DNA of 64,000 bases from Methanoculleus sp. (GTDB lineage Archaea > Halobacteriota > Methanomicrobia > Methanomicrobiales > Methanoculleaceae), in the NCBI RefSeq assembly GCF_020696975.1, contig NZ_JAJGBK010000017.1, positions 4,804 through 68,803 of the forward strand, in the 5' to 3' direction. Shown piece after piece: positions 1-10,699 of this stretch. Made by a program: the position numbers and the translations under genes. Position 1 is the stretch's first letter. Every line of letters begins with the position of its first letter. The notes under the pieces were generated by a model. It was not told where the DNA came from, did not search any database, and saw only the letters and a list, made by a program, of their open reading frames with translations.

Positions 1-93
1 ATAAACGTTTCCCAGGTTCGTCGCCTGAAGAGGTCTGCTCTCGCTCGCCGCGAATCCCGCAGGTTTAAGAATCCTTGTAGTTAAAATACTACC

Positions 94-1410
94 ATGCCCG
101 TCGCCACCGATATCGCGATCATCGTCCTCCTGATCCTTGCAAATGGATTCTTCTCGATGGCGGAGTTTGCGCTCGTCTCTGCAAAGACGACACGCCTGCA
201 GAAGAAGGCCGATGAAGGCGATGCCGGGGCTGCCGCCGCCCTCGAACTTGCAAACGAACCGACGCAGTTCCTCTCCACGATCCAGGTCGGCATCACCGTC
301 GTCGGGATCGTGAACGGTGCCTACGGCGGGGCAACGCTTGCGGGCCCTCTTGCGGAAGTCCTCGCAGACATCCCCCTGCTTGCTCCCTACAGCGGCCCGT
401 TGGCAGGCGTTCTCGTCGTCGCCGTCATCACCTACTTGACGCTCGTGATCGGTGAACTGGTGCCGAAACGGTTGGCCATGAACAACGCCGACCGGATTGC
501 CCGCCTTGTCTCGCGCCCGATACGCCTCCTCTCCATAGCCGCCGCGCCCCTCATCCGGGTGCTGAGCATATCGACCGAGGGGGTTCTCATGGCGCTCGGA
601 GTGCGGCAGCCTTCGGGCCCCGAGGTCACCGAGGAGGATGTCCGGGTCCTGATCGGGCAGGCCACCCGGGCAGGCGTCTTTCAGGAGGCGGAACAGGATA
701 TGGTGGAGAGTGTCTTTCGCCTCGGCGACCGGAGGGTCAGCGTGCTGATGACCCCGCGGCCCGACATCGTTGCCGTGGACGTGGAGGACCCTCTCGAAGA
801 GAACTGGCAGAAGATGGTGGAGTCGGGACACATCTACTTCCCTGTCTATCGCGAGCACCTGGACAACCTGCTCGGGGTCGTCTCGGTCCGCAACCTCTGG
901 GCACGGATGATCTCGGGCGAATCCCCTGACCTCTCAAAGGCGATTGAACCCGCTCTCTTCGTGCCCGAGAGCGTCCTCGCTCTCGCCGTCCTTGAGAGGT
1001 TCAAGACCTCCCGAGCACGGATCGCCCTTGTCACCGACGAGTACGGAAGCATTCAGGGGGTAGTCACCATCCACGACATCATGGAGTCGATTGTCGGGGA
1101 TATCCCGTCGACGGAGTACCCGCCTGAGGGCACGGCGATTCACCGTGAAGACGGGTCATGGCTTCTTGACGGATTGCTCCCGGTCGACGAATTTCATGAT
1201 CTCCTTGGCGTGGGCACCCTGCCCGGGGAGGGACGCGGATATTACCAGACGCTCGGAGGGTTCGTGATGATGTACCTGGAGCGCACACCGAACACCGGGG
1301 ATCGGTTCACCTGGAACAATCTCCAGTTTGAGGTTCTTGATATGGACGGTCACCGGGTCGATAAAGTGCTCGTCACCCCGATGCCTGCCGGAGATGTGAA
1401 AAAAGAGTAA
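94..1410 (+). CDS. CNNM/HlyC-type membrane protein (DUF21 + CBS pair + CorC_HlyC), putative divalent-cation transporter
   Basis: 438-aa ORF. It has an N-terminal multi-TM DUF21-like region (IAIIVLLILANGFFSMAEFALVS), two CBS-like segments, and a C-terminal CorC/HlyC-like tail (GDRFTWNNLQFEVLDMDGHRVDKVLV). Confidence 0.85.
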   Translation: MPVATDIAIIVLLILANGFFSMAEFALVSAKTTRLQKKADEGDAGAAAALELANEPTQFLSTIQVGITVVGIVNGAYGGATLAGPLAEVLADIPLLAPYSGPLAGVLVVAVITYLTLVIGELVPKRLAMNNADRIARLVSRPIRLLSIAAAPLIRVLSISTEGVLMALGVRQPSGPEVTEEDVRVLIGQATRAGVFQEAEQDMVESVFRLGDRRVSVLMTPRPDIVAVDVEDPLEENWQKMVESGHIYFPVYREHLDNLLGVVSVRNLWARMISGESPDLSKAIEPALFVPESVLALAVLERFKTSRARIALVTDEYGSIQGVVTIHDIMESIVGDIPSTEYPPEGTAIHREDGSWLLDGLLPVDEFHDLLGVGTLPGEGRGYYQTLGGFVMMYLERTPNTGDRFTWNNLQFEVLDMDGHRVDKVLVTPMPAGDVKKE

Positions 1411-1411
1411 C

Positions 1412-1927
1412 TCACTGGATCTCAACGAGACTGATGACGAATGTGAGGTCTTCGCCCGCAAGGCGATGGTTTGCGTCGAGGGTTACCGCGCCGGGCGAGA
1501 GATTGGTAACCTTTCCGGGGATCACCCGCCCGTCCGGCAGGGTTATCGCAACCTGATCGCCGACAGTCAGGTTCTCCCCACCGGAGATCCCGGCCGGGTC
1601 GGCCACAAAGACGAGTTCCTCCCGGTATGGCCCGTATGCCTGATCGGCAGGGATATGAACGGTCTTTGTCTCGCCTACCCGCATCCCGAGAACACCCGCA
1701 TCGAACCCGGGGATCACCCTGCCGCCACCGACGGTAAACTCGAGCGGTTCGCCCCCACTGGAGGTGTCAAAGACCGTCCCGTTCTCGAAGGTGCCGGTAT
1801 AGTGGACCTTCACGGTATCCCCGGGTTTCACCTGGACTGTTTCGCCTCCGCTTCCCGTGCAGCCCGCACTGAAGACCAGGAGCGCGAGGATGCCCGTGAT
1901 CAGCAGGATGCCCTGCACCCTTCTCAT
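1412..1927 (-). CDS. FKBP-type peptidyl-prolyl cis-trans isomerase, exported or lipid-anchored
   Basis: FKBP signature VKVHYTGTFENGTVFDTS...GRVIPGFDAGVLGMRVGE. The N-terminal signal has a Cys lipobox-like LLVFSAGCTG. The start overlaps the stop of the upstream TPR gene by 4 nt. Confidence 0.85.
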   Translation of the reverse strand: MRRVQGILLITGILALLVFSAGCTGSGGETVQVKPGDTVKVHYTGTFENGTVFDTSSGGEPLEFTVGGGRVIPGFDAGVLGMRVGETKTVHIPADQAYGPYREELVFVADPAGISGGENLTVGDQVAITLPDGRVIPGKVTNLSPGAVTLDANHRLAGEDLTFVISLVEIQ

Positions 1928-4900
1928 GGTTCCCCCTCGCTCTCAAGCGCCTTTCTGAAGCACTCCACCGCTTCGGCAAACTTGCCCTGCCGGTCAAGCG
2001 CTCTCCCTTTCAGGTACCATGCCCGGGCATGGTGAGGATCCGTTGCGAGGACGCTGTCGAAACAGGCGGCTGCCTGGTCGTGTCTGCCCAGGTGGCCAAG
2101 AGCGATTCCTTTGCATAGCCAGGCGTGCGTGTCGGGGTTCCCGAGCCCGATTGCCGTATCGAACGCCCGGACAGCATCGGCATGCCGTCCGAGCGTATCC
2201 ATGAGCACCCCGGTAGTGTTCCAGATGGCCGCGTTCTTCGGGTTGACCGAGAGCGCCTTCTCGTAACTGGTCAGGGCGTCGCCGTACCTGCCCACCTTCT
2301 CAAGCACCGCCCCCCGCATGAAGAGCGCGGCGGGGTTGTCAGCCTGGAGAACGAGGATTCTATCGATCGTTCTGACCGCTTCATCGTAACGGCCGAGGTG
2401 GACGAGGGCCGATGTGCGGGCATGGAGGGTCTCGATGCTCGTCGGCTCCCGGTCGAGCGCCTGCGTGTAGGTGGTAAGAGCATCCTCATACCTGCCGGCC
2501 TTCTCGTACGCCTCCCCGAGTCTTTGCAGGGTGAGGATATCGGTCGGATCGGTCTTGAGCACCTTCTCAAAGCAGTCGACGGCATCGGCGTAGTGGCCTA
2601 CCCACATACAGATCTCCCCACGCCGCTGCCAGGCAGCCTGGTTCTCCGGGTTGGCCTCGATGATGCCGTTGGAGCACTCCAGTGCCTCCTCATACCGCCC
2701 CATGTGAAGAAGGGCGCTCTCGAGGGTGTACCAGGCCTCGATGTCATGCTCATCATGCTCGAGCACCAGCGCATACTGCCGGATTGCATCGTCAAACATG
2801 CCGCCCTTCTCAAGCGCCATCCCGAATGCCATCCGCGCGTCGCGGTCGTTGGGTGAGATCTCCAGGTAATGCTTGTATGCGCTCGCCGCCTCTGCATGCC
2901 TGCCGACGGCTTTGAGCATATCCGCCCGGATCTTTATGACCGCTGCATTCGAGGCGTCGGAGGCGAGCACCCTGTCGCAGGACTCGATCGCCTCCTGGTG
3001 CCTCCCGAGCCGTGCGAGCGCGGCGGCGAGCGCGAATCTGGCACCGGCATCTCCCGGGCGTGCGGCGGTCACTTTTGCATAACACTCCGCTGCATCGGCG
3101 TATTGCTCCATCCTCTCCAGGGCCCGGCCCCGGTTCAGCCATGCAGAGAGGTCACCCGGGTCGGCCTCGATGACCTGCTTGAAGCGCCCGGCCGCCTCCT
3201 CGTATCGCCCGAGTGTGGCGAGAGTGATCCCGAGGTTCAGGAGGTATCCCGCGGCGTCCGGGTCCGCTGCAAGAAGCGCTTCATAGCAGTCGGCAGCCTC
3301 CGCATACCGTCCGAGCCCTTCAAGGATCCGCGCTTTCCGGGCAAGCAGCTCGGTCTCTCCGGGACCCGCCCCCACTACCCGGTTGGCGGACTCGAGCGCC
3401 TCGGCATACCGCCCCAGGCGCTCAAGCGCCGCGCTCCGACCGAGCAGGGCGACCCTGTCGGCCGGGGATGCCTCAAGCGCCCGGTTGAAGCAGGCGAGCG
3501 CCGTTTCGTACTCCCCGAGGCGCATGAGCGCATCTCCCCGGCACTTCGCCGCTTCTGTATCCCCCGGGTTGGTCCCGAGGAGGACCTCGAACGTCTCCGC
3601 GGCCTCCGCATACCGGGAGAGGCGCATCAGGGCCTCCCCCTTCCGGTGCAGGAGATGGGGTTCTTCCCCGCCGGTGTCGAATATCCGGTCAAGGCACGCC
3701 AGCAGATCGCCGTACCTGCCGAGGTTCTCGAGGACGTCCACTTTCATTGAGAGGGCGACTATGTTATGCGGCTCTTTCTCAAGAACCGCATCAAGGCAGC
3801 GGTTGGCCTCGTCGTACCTGCCGAGATGGATGAGTGCGGTGCTGCTCTGCTGCAGTATGGAGATGATTTCGGGATCGAGATCGAGAACCTGCTCGAAGTC
3901 CTTCTGCGCCTCTGCATACCGGCCGAGGTGGAGCAGCGCAATCCCCCGGAAGTTCAGGACGGCCCTGTTCAGGGCATCGGAGATCGACGGCTTCTGTGTC
4001 AGGGGTGCCTCAGTCCCATCTCTCTCAAAGAGAGCAAGGTTGGCACTGCTCCCGATCCATTTCATCCCGGCCATCGCCCGGTTCTCAAGCACACGGTCGA
4101 ACGACCGGACCGCCTCGGCGTACTGGCCGAGGTGGAAGAGGGCCATGCCGCGGGCGTACCACACGTGGACCTGGCCCTGGTCGTGCTTCAGGATATGGTC
4201 GAAGCTCTTGACCGCCCGGTCATACCGGCCGAGCGTGCTGTAGACCAGTCCCATGGAGTAGCGTACCGGAACATGGTCCGGGTCGGCGAGGGCGACCTTA
4301 TCAAAACATTCCATCGCTGCGGGATACTCTCCCGCCCGAAGAAGGAGTGAACCGTGGAGATACCAGACAGGCGTGTTTTCGGGCTGGACGGTGGTGATCT
4401 TGCCGTAGCAGACGGCGGCGTCCTGGAACCGGCCGAGATGCTCAAGCGCCCGGGCTTTGCCGTAGAGAGCATCGAGGTTGTGAGGCTCCGCGTCGAGCAC
4501 CCGGCTGAACGTCTCGACGGCTTCGGGGTAGTCTCCCTGATACAGGAGAGCGCTGCCTTTTTTTGCGAGCGCATCGGTGTTGCCGGGGTCCGAACGGATG
4601 ATCCGCTCAAAACAGCCTGCCGCTTCCCGGTAGTTCCCGGTTCGCTCGAATATCCTTCCGAGTTTTTCCTGGAGGACGGGGTTCTTCGGGTCCCCATCCA
4701 GTGCTCGCCTGTAGGCTGCTGCCGCGTCGGCATACCGGCCGAGCCTCTCAAGCATCTCTCCGTGCCAGTATGAGGCGTTCGTGTCATCAGGTCTTCCTTC
4801 GACGATCGCGGCGAAGCACCCGGCCGCCTCCTCGTAGTTGCCGGCCCGGGCGAGAGTGTGCCCCAGTTCCCGCAGTATCCCGGCATCGCCGGGGGAGGAC

Positions 4901-5127
4901 TCGAGAGCCTTTCTCAGCCACTCTGCGGCTTCAGTATCCCTGCCGAGGCAGGCGAGCGCCTGGCCCATACATAACCATAAAGAGCCGTTTTCCGGATCGA
5001 TCTTGAGCGCTTTCTCGAAACTCTTCACCGCCTCGTTGTAGTTCCCGGCCTCGAACTGAGAGGTTCCCTGCTTTATCGAGGGGTTTGCATTCTTCCCCTG
5101 ACCCAGAATATTACCGAAGAAGTCCAT
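1924..5127 (-). CDS. Large tetratricopeptide (TPR) repeat protein
   Basis: 1067-aa ORF built from about 30 tandem 34-aa units of the type A..W...G.al..lGry.eA...f..al..dP. Confidence 0.85.
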   Translation of the reverse strand: MDFFGNILGQGKNANPSIKQGTSQFEAGNYNEAVKSFEKALKIDPENGSLWLCMGQALACLGRDTEAAEWLRKALESSPGDAGILRELGHTLARAGNYEEAAGCFAAIVEGRPDDTNASYWHGEMLERLGRYADAAAAYRRALDGDPKNPVLQEKLGRIFERTGNYREAAGCFERIIRSDPGNTDALAKKGSALLYQGDYPEAVETFSRVLDAEPHNLDALYGKARALEHLGRFQDAAVCYGKITTVQPENTPVWYLHGSLLLRAGEYPAAMECFDKVALADPDHVPVRYSMGLVYSTLGRYDRAVKSFDHILKHDQGQVHVWYARGMALFHLGQYAEAVRSFDRVLENRAMAGMKWIGSSANLALFERDGTEAPLTQKPSISDALNRAVLNFRGIALLHLGRYAEAQKDFEQVLDLDPEIISILQQSSTALIHLGRYDEANRCLDAVLEKEPHNIVALSMKVDVLENLGRYGDLLACLDRIFDTGGEEPHLLHRKGEALMRLSRYAEAAETFEVLLGTNPGDTEAAKCRGDALMRLGEYETALACFNRALEASPADRVALLGRSAALERLGRYAEALESANRVVGAGPGETELLARKARILEGLGRYAEAADCYEALLAADPDAAGYLLNLGITLATLGRYEEAAGRFKQVIEADPGDLSAWLNRGRALERMEQYADAAECYAKVTAARPGDAGARFALAAALARLGRHQEAIESCDRVLASDASNAAVIKIRADMLKAVGRHAEAASAYKHYLEISPNDRDARMAFGMALEKGGMFDDAIRQYALVLEHDEHDIEAWYTLESALLHMGRYEEALECSNGIIEANPENQAAWQRRGEICMWVGHYADAVDCFEKVLKTDPTDILTLQRLGEAYEKAGRYEDALTTYTQALDREPTSIETLHARTSALVHLGRYDEAVRTIDRILVLQADNPAALFMRGAVLEKVGRYGDALTSYEKALSVNPKNAAIWNTTGVLMDTLGRHADAVRAFDTAIGLGNPDTHAWLCKGIALGHLGRHDQAAACFDSVLATDPHHARAWYLKGRALDRQGKFAEAVECFRKALESEGEP

Positions 5128-5403
5128 TCGATACCATCTGCCGCTGCTCGTTACCTATGAGGTTATTCAGTGTTATATTCTTGCGATCTGTTGCCTCCAG
5201 AGGAGGGAACCGTTGTTTGCTAAGATCGATGCTCAAACCATTATTTGAAAAGACCGGTTTGTGCGGGCAGATGGGTTTTGATGGCAGCAGGTTATCGGAA
5301 TATAAACAGGCGCCGCAAACCCATGCACCATGCCGGGGCATAGGTCGGCATGAAGAGGTATGAAGAGCCCGGAAGAGAGGTGGGTTGAACCACCCTCCAC
5401 CGG

Positions 5404-5805
5404 TCAGACATCCAGGATGGGGTCAAATTGCGACTTGCCGACCGGTCCGTGGAAACTTGTGATCCTCTCGTCCATCCCGCAGACCGGGCAGGTATAGTCC
5501 TCCGGCAGGTCCTCGAACGCAGTGCCTTTCGGGTAGCCCCGGAGCGGTTCGCCGCGCTTTTTGTCATACACGTAGCCGCAGATCTTGCAGACGTACCTTG
5601 TCGGCATCCAGGGCTCGAATCCCCATGCACCGATTGGCCCTTTCCCGGTCGCACCGCAGACCGGGCATATGTAGTCCTCCGGCAGGTCCTCAAACGCGGT
5701 ACCTGCCGGGATGCCGCGGTGCGGCTCTCCCCGCAACGGAGAGTAGATGTAATTGCAGTACTTGCACCGGTATCGCTTCACTTTCTCCATGTGGATCACG
5801 CTCAC
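5404..5805 (-). CDS. Tandem (double-domain) rubredoxin
   Basis: Two copies of CxxC...(G)[15 protein letters not shown] (YRCKYCNY...ICPVCGA and YVCKICGY...TCPVCGM). The start may be GTG at 5805 or ATG at 5790. Confidence 0.85.
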   Translation of the reverse strand: MSVIHMEKVKRYRCKYCNYIYSPLRGEPHRGIPAGTAFEDLPEDYICPVCGATGKGPIGAWGFEPWMPTRYVCKICGYVYDKKRGEPLRGYPKGTAFEDLPEDYTCPVCGMDERITSFHGPVGKSQFDPILDV

Positions 5806-5916
5806 TCAGGGGTAGCCACCCTGCACGAAGGTGGTTTCATCTGATAAGGTTTCCCGTGATCCGGTCTGCCGCAGGTGCAGGCTCTCCCGACTGGATTATC
5901 CTCCGCCAGATGCGTC

Positions 5917-6360
5917 CTACGAGTCCTGCCGCCGCCTGCTCCCCGCGGCAACACGGAAGATGAGCGAGAGCATGAGCATGAGGACGATCAGGATGCCGCC
6001 AACGAAGAGGAGGGCGATAACGCCGACCCGGCCCATCCCCGATCTCGGCACCTGTCCCTGCCACGAGAATCCCGGCGCCCAGCTCGTCTGCCCGCCGGGG
6101 CGATACCACTGGAACGGGTCATGCGGCCCTGAGGTGTTACCGCTCTGGAGGGCGAGGTCGTAGCGCGCCCGGGCATCGGGGTCGATCAGTGTCTCGTACG
6201 CCTGCTGGATGGCGATGAACCGCTCGCTTGCGTCCGGGTCGGAGTTGACGTCCGGGTGGTACTGCTTTGCAAGCCTCCGGTATGCCGCCCGTATCTCGTC
6301 AACCGCGGCGTCCGGCGGGACGTCCAGGATATCGTAGTAGGTCTCCACGGTGCTCCTCAC
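5917..6360 (-). CDS. J-domain (DnaJ-like) protein with C-terminal transmembrane anchor
   Basis: J-domain [32 protein letters not shown]. The C-terminal TM is [25 protein letters not shown] 4-nt overlap joins it to the upstream DUF126 gene. Confidence 0.8.
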   Translation of the reverse strand: MRSTVETYYDILDVPPDAAVDEIRAAYRRLAKQYHPDVNSDPDASERFIAIQQAYETLIDPDARARYDLALQSGNTSGPHDPFQWYRPGGQTSWAPGFSWQGQVPRSGMGRVGVIALLFVGGILIVLMLMLSLIFRVAAGSRRRQDS

Positions 6361-6794
6361 CCGGTCTCGTCGCAGGACACCTCACCCGTGTCCCCGTTCA
6401 CCGTCACCAGGGTACCGGACGGGAGGCGGGAAAACTCCGGCGGGAGGCGGTCGACCATGGGAATCCCGGCGATGATCGCCCCGACCGCGATGATCGGTTC
6501 GGCCTCGGTGTTGATGATCGCCGCGGGGGCGAGACCGTTCTGCTTTAACGCGTAGATGACGTAGGACCCGACCGTCGATCCCTTCCCGTACGGGAAGGCC
6601 AGCACGCGCCCGGCGATGGATTGGCCTTCAAGCGGATGTCCGTGCTCCACGACGGTCCCGGTCTCAGGGTCGACGCCCGAGAGGAACGATATGGGTTCTG
6701 GCGAAATGAGGAGTTCTCCGTTTGCAATACCCTTCGATATGCTTCTGCCTTGCATAATCACTGCCACCACACTATAAAGTGGTTGGAGATCCAA
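6357..6794 (-). CDS. DUF126 / aconitase-X swivel-domain protein (phosphomevalonate dehydratase small-subunit-like)
   Basis: 145 aa. The segment [58 protein letters not shown] is typical of the AcnX small/swivel family. Confidence 0.7.
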   Translation of the reverse strand: MDLQPLYSVVAVIMQGRSISKGIANGELLISPEPISFLSGVDPETGTVVEHGHPLEGQSIAGRVLAFPYGKGSTVGSYVIYALKQNGLAPAAIINTEAEPIIAVGAIIAGIPMVDRLPPEFSRLPSGTLVTVNGDTGEVSCDETG

Positions 6795-6798
6795 CTAT

Positions 6799-7971
6799 AT
6801 GAGTAACATGGACGAAACCATTGGCAACACTCCTGGCAGCGAGCACGATATGCTCACCCTCCAGATCCAGGATTTGAAGGCGCAGATCCTGGATTACAAA
6901 CTGAAAAATGAGTTGCTGGAGAAGGAACTCCTGCAGCTCAGAAAAGAGAACGCTCAGTTGAAACGGGTGCCGCTGTTTGTTGCCGCTGTGGTCGATGTGC
7001 TTGAAAACGGCGAAGTGTATCTCCGGCAGCAGGGCAACAATCAGGAATACGTCACCGCGGTCAACGAGAAACTCCACCGCACCCTCAAGCCCGGGATGAA
7101 GGTGGCGGTGAACAACACCCTCTCCATCGTCAAGACGATCGGCAATATATATGATGCAAGGGTCAGGGTCATGGAGCTTGACGAACAGCCGAGCGTGACG
7201 TTCGAGCAGATCGGGGGCCTGAAGGAAGAGATCGAAGAGGTCCGGGAAGCCGTCGAGTACCCGCTCACGAAGCCCGAGATCTACGAGCGCGTGGGCGTCG
7301 AACCGCCGAAGGGCATCCTCCTCTACGGGCCGCCCGGCACGGGGAAGACCCTGATCGCAAAGGCGGTTGCCCGCCAGTCGAAGGCCCGGTTCATCAGGAT
7401 GTCCGGGAGCGAGCTCGTCCACAAGTACATCGGGGAGGGCGCGCAGCTCGTGCGGGAGCTCTTTGTCCTTGCCCGGGAGCGGGCTCCGGCGATCGTCTTC
7501 ATCGATGAGATCGATGCGATCGGGAGCATGCGCACCAACGATGGGACCTCAGGCAGCGCCGAGGTCCAGCGGACGCTGATGCAGCTCCTCGCGGAGATGG
7601 ATGGCTTCGGCAACCGGGGCAATATCCGGATCATGGCGGCGACCAACCGGATCGATATGCTGGACCCGGCTCTCCTCCGCCCCGGCCGGTTCGACCGGAT
7701 CATCCAGGTCCCGCTGCCCGACGACGGAGCACGCCTCGAGATCCTGAAGATCCACACCGCGAAGATGACGCTCTCCGGGAACGTGGACCTTCCCGAACTC
7801 GCGAAACTCGCCGGGAACACCACCGGCGCGGAACTCCAGGCGATCTGCCGGGAGGCCGGTATGATGGCGATCCGGCGGGACGCCGATGCCGTCGACCAGG
7901 AAGATTTCCTTCTCGCGGTCAAAAAGGTGAAGCGCGAGGTGGCGGCGCCCGACAGCCGCATGTATATCTGA
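6799..7971 (+). CDS. pan: Proteasome-activating nucleotidase (PAN) paralog, AAA+ ATPase
   Basis: N-terminal coiled coil, OB region, Walker A GPPGTGKT, Walker B VFIDEID, second region of homology, and C-terminal hydrophobic-Tyr-X tail (MYI). Confidence 0.9.
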   Translation: MSNMDETIGNTPGSEHDMLTLQIQDLKAQILDYKLKNELLEKELLQLRKENAQLKRVPLFVAAVVDVLENGEVYLRQQGNNQEYVTAVNEKLHRTLKPGMKVAVNNTLSIVKTIGNIYDARVRVMELDEQPSVTFEQIGGLKEEIEEVREAVEYPLTKPEIYERVGVEPPKGILLYGPPGTGKTLIAKAVARQSKARFIRMSGSELVHKYIGEGAQLVRELFVLARERAPAIVFIDEIDAIGSMRTNDGTSGSAEVQRTLMQLLAEMDGFGNRGNIRIMAATNRIDMLDPALLRPGRFDRIIQVPLPDDGARLEILKIHTAKMTLSGNVDLPELAKLAGNTTGAELQAICREAGMMAIRRDADAVDQEDFLLAVKKVKREVAAPDSRMYI

Positions 7972-8128
7972 CGGAGATCCCTCCGATTCCTATCTTTTTG
8001 CCGGAACGCATGCCGCAAAGCGCTTTGCCGGATATCCGGCCGACCCTGGCCGATGCGGCTTCCGAGACCTTTCTGTTCGGGATTTTAAGGGGAAACCTTA
8101 TAGATCCCTCCGGCCCACCAGATATACT

Positions 8129-8572
8129 ATGAATGTCCTCCTCATTCAGCCGGAGGGGGTTGACCTCTACGCCACCCTGCTCAAGTCCGAGACCAGCAGA
8201 GGCGTTCTTCGTTTTTATCAGCCTGACCGGCTCCGATACGGCATGCGCATCCGGACGGCATCGCTCGGGAGTGCACTCGCCCTTGTCTCCGAGCTCCGGT
8301 GGTACATCCAGCGATACGTCGAGGAGGTTCTCTTCGAGCCCGAGGAGGGCATATTCTGCTCGTCCGGGCTTGCCCGGCAGATCTACGAGCGGGACGTGAA
8401 GCCGGTGTCGCCGTGGAGATACCGCTGCCTCTACCGGATCGCAGGGGACCACATGCTCGATACTATATGGATGGACGAGGGCACGACGCCGGAGGCATAT
8501 GCCGACCGGACCGAACCCGACGACACACTGCTCGAGGTCTGGTGCACGAAAGAAGAGTATCCGACCGGGTAG
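8129..8572 (+). CDS. Hypothetical protein
   Basis: 147-aa ORF in a coding-like frame between the PAN and GNAT genes. I recognise no motif. Confidence 0.45.
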   Translation: MNVLLIQPEGVDLYATLLKSETSRGVLRFYQPDRLRYGMRIRTASLGSALALVSELRWYIQRYVEEVLFEPEEGIFCSSGLARQIYERDVKPVSPWRYRCLYRIAGDHMLDTIWMDEGTTPEAYADRTEPDDTLLEVWCTKEEYPTG

Positions 8573-8659
8573 GCGGATACACCTGCACTATCCGCCGGGA
8601 CCGCATCTCCTTATTTCGGGACTCCCTTCCTTATATGAGGGGGAATCGAAGACTACTGC

Positions 8660-9301
8660 ATGCAACAGAGTTGGATTGGCGGGGATCTGAGATTCTCCTG
8701 CTGCACCGAGCGTGACCTTCCCGGGATATCCCGGATGCTCGCGAAGGAGTCGGTCTGCAGGTGGCTGTTCTTCGGGCCGAATACCGATGAGGCCACCCGG
8801 TCCTATTTCCTCCCCCTGATCGAGGAGATGCAGGCGGCGCTCGCGGAGGGGAAGACGCCGAAAAATCACATCTTCACAATACGATTGAAGCACTCCGGGG
8901 AGTTCGTCGGGCAGTGCGCACTCCTCCCGGTCGACTTCAGCCCGGGATCCTACCTGATCGGCTACCAGCTCGACGACCCATACTGGGGAAGAGGCTACGG
9001 AACCCTGGCCTGCACCTTCTTAGTCTACATCGCGTTCATCGTGCTCGAGGGTTACCGGCTGAACGGCGACGCCGTTGCCGACAATACGGCATCACGGCGG
9101 GTGATGGAGAAGTGCGGCTTTGTCCTGGAGGGCGTTCAGCGGCACTACTGGCATGCCGGGGGTGAGTATTACGACCGCGTGGTCTTCGGCCTCCTCGCGA
9201 GCGATCTTGCCCCGGAGCGGCTTTCGGCAGTGAGAGAGGCGTTCACGGCAGAGCATCTGACTACGGTTCAACAACCCGGCATTCAGAAAGGGCCTTGTTG
9301 A
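8660..9301 (+). CDS. GNAT family N-acetyltransferase (RimJ/RimL-like)
   Basis: Acetyl-CoA motif region QLDDPYWGRGYGTLAC and C-terminal NTASRRVMEKCGFVLEG. Confidence 0.8.
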   Translation: MQQSWIGGDLRFSCCTERDLPGISRMLAKESVCRWLFFGPNTDEATRSYFLPLIEEMQAALAEGKTPKNHIFTIRLKHSGEFVGQCALLPVDFSPGSYLIGYQLDDPYWGRGYGTLACTFLVYIAFIVLEGYRLNGDAVADNTASRRVMEKCGFVLEGVQRHYWHAGGEYYDRVVFGLLASDLAPERLSAVREAFTAEHLTTVQQPGIQKGPC

Positions 9302-9403
9302 TGCGGGCATACCTGAGAGGACAGGGCCGAGCCAGGCACCAACCCGCCGGGAGGCAGGGGTGAAGACCCGAAAATGGGTTCAGGAGCCAAAAAAAGGCAA
9401 CCT

Positions 9404-10642
9404 TCAGGCGAACATCTCGCCGAAGGTGGTGTGGAAGTGGTGCCGGTCGAAGTCCACCGAGAGTTTGTCGATCGCCTTCAGGAAATCTTCGTGGCTGACC
9501 GTCTCGTGCTCCATCCTGATGGCAAACATCCCCGCTTCCATGCATATCGCCCGGAGGTCGGCACCGTTCTTGCCTTCCGTCAGCCGGGACACCTCTGCAA
9601 GGTTGACATCCTCAGCAAGGCTCATGTGCAGGGTGTGAATCTTCAAGATGGCAAGCCTTCCTTCGTGGTCGGGGAGCGGGATCTCAATCATCCGGTCGAA
9701 CCGGCCCGGGCGGAGGAGGGCGCGGTCGAGGATATCGATCCGGTTCGTTGCAGCGATGATCTTGACGTCCCCGCGGTTGTCAAACCCGTCCATCTCTGCA
9801 AGGAGCTGCATCAGCGTCCGCTGGACTTCACGGTCTCCCGATGTCGTCGAGTCGTTCCGGTGCGCGCCAATCGCATCGATCTCGTCGATGAAGATGATCG
9901 ACGGCGCCCTCTGTTTCGCGAGATCGAAGAGTTCCCTGACCAGGCGTGCCCCTTCGCCGATGTACTTCTGCACCAGTTCTGAACCGACCACGCGGAGGAA
10001 GTGCGCGTTTGTCTGGTGGGCCACTGCCCGTGCGAGGAGCGTCTTCCCCGTGCCGGGCGGCCCGTAGAGGAGCACACCCTTTGGCGGGGCGATACCGACC
10101 TTCTCAAAGAGGTGCGGCTTTGTCAGGGGGAGTTCGACCGCTTCCCTGACCTCCTCGATCTGCGGCTCAAGGCCGCCGATATTCTCATAAGTCTCATCTG
10201 GAGACTCAACCAGTTCCATGCCGTAAATCTGCGCGTCGTAGCTCGTGGGGAGCACATCCACAATGGCGAGAGATTGCTGGTTGAGCGTGCACCGGACCCC
10301 CGGTTTGAGGAGATCGGGGTCGATCAGTTGCGATGTCCGGACTAAAAACCGCGGTCCTGCACTGCTTCGCACAATCACCCGGCTGTTGTCGATCACGTCC
10401 GTAACAGTCCCGATCACGAGAGGAGGGCTTCGGAGCTGTTCGATCTCACTCTTGAGTTTTCGGAGCTCGCGCTCGTAGCGGATCTTCTGGGTTTCAACGT
10501 ATCGTTTCTCGGACTCCATCTGGCGAAATTGTTCGCGTAGCTCCAGGTTTCGGTTTTCGAGGTTCGTAATCCGTTCCAGGAGATACTGGTAGATGTCTTC
10601 ACCGGTATCCTTCTCTGGTGCCTGCCGAGCGATATCTCCCAT
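9404..10642 (-). CDS. pan: Proteasome-activating nucleotidase (PAN), AAA+ ATPase
   Basis: 412 aa with coiled coil, Walker A GPPGTGKT, Walker B IFIDEID and SRH. It is a paralog of 6799-7971. Confidence 0.9.
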   Translation of the reverse strand: MGDIARQAPEKDTGEDIYQYLLERITNLENRNLELREQFRQMESEKRYVETQKIRYERELRKLKSEIEQLRSPPLVIGTVTDVIDNSRVIVRSSAGPRFLVRTSQLIDPDLLKPGVRCTLNQQSLAIVDVLPTSYDAQIYGMELVESPDETYENIGGLEPQIEEVREAVELPLTKPHLFEKVGIAPPKGVLLYGPPGTGKTLLARAVAHQTNAHFLRVVGSELVQKYIGEGARLVRELFDLAKQRAPSIIFIDEIDAIGAHRNDSTTSGDREVQRTLMQLLAEMDGFDNRGDVKIIAATNRIDILDRALLRPGRFDRMIEIPLPDHEGRLAILKIHTLHMSLAEDVNLAEVSRLTEGKNGADLRAICMEAGMFAIRMEHETVSHEDFLKAIDKLSVDFDRHHFHTTFGEMFA

Positions 10643-10699
10643 AGGTCTCCTCGAATAATTATATAGGTTAAAATGAATATAAAGTTGTTTGCGAGACTT

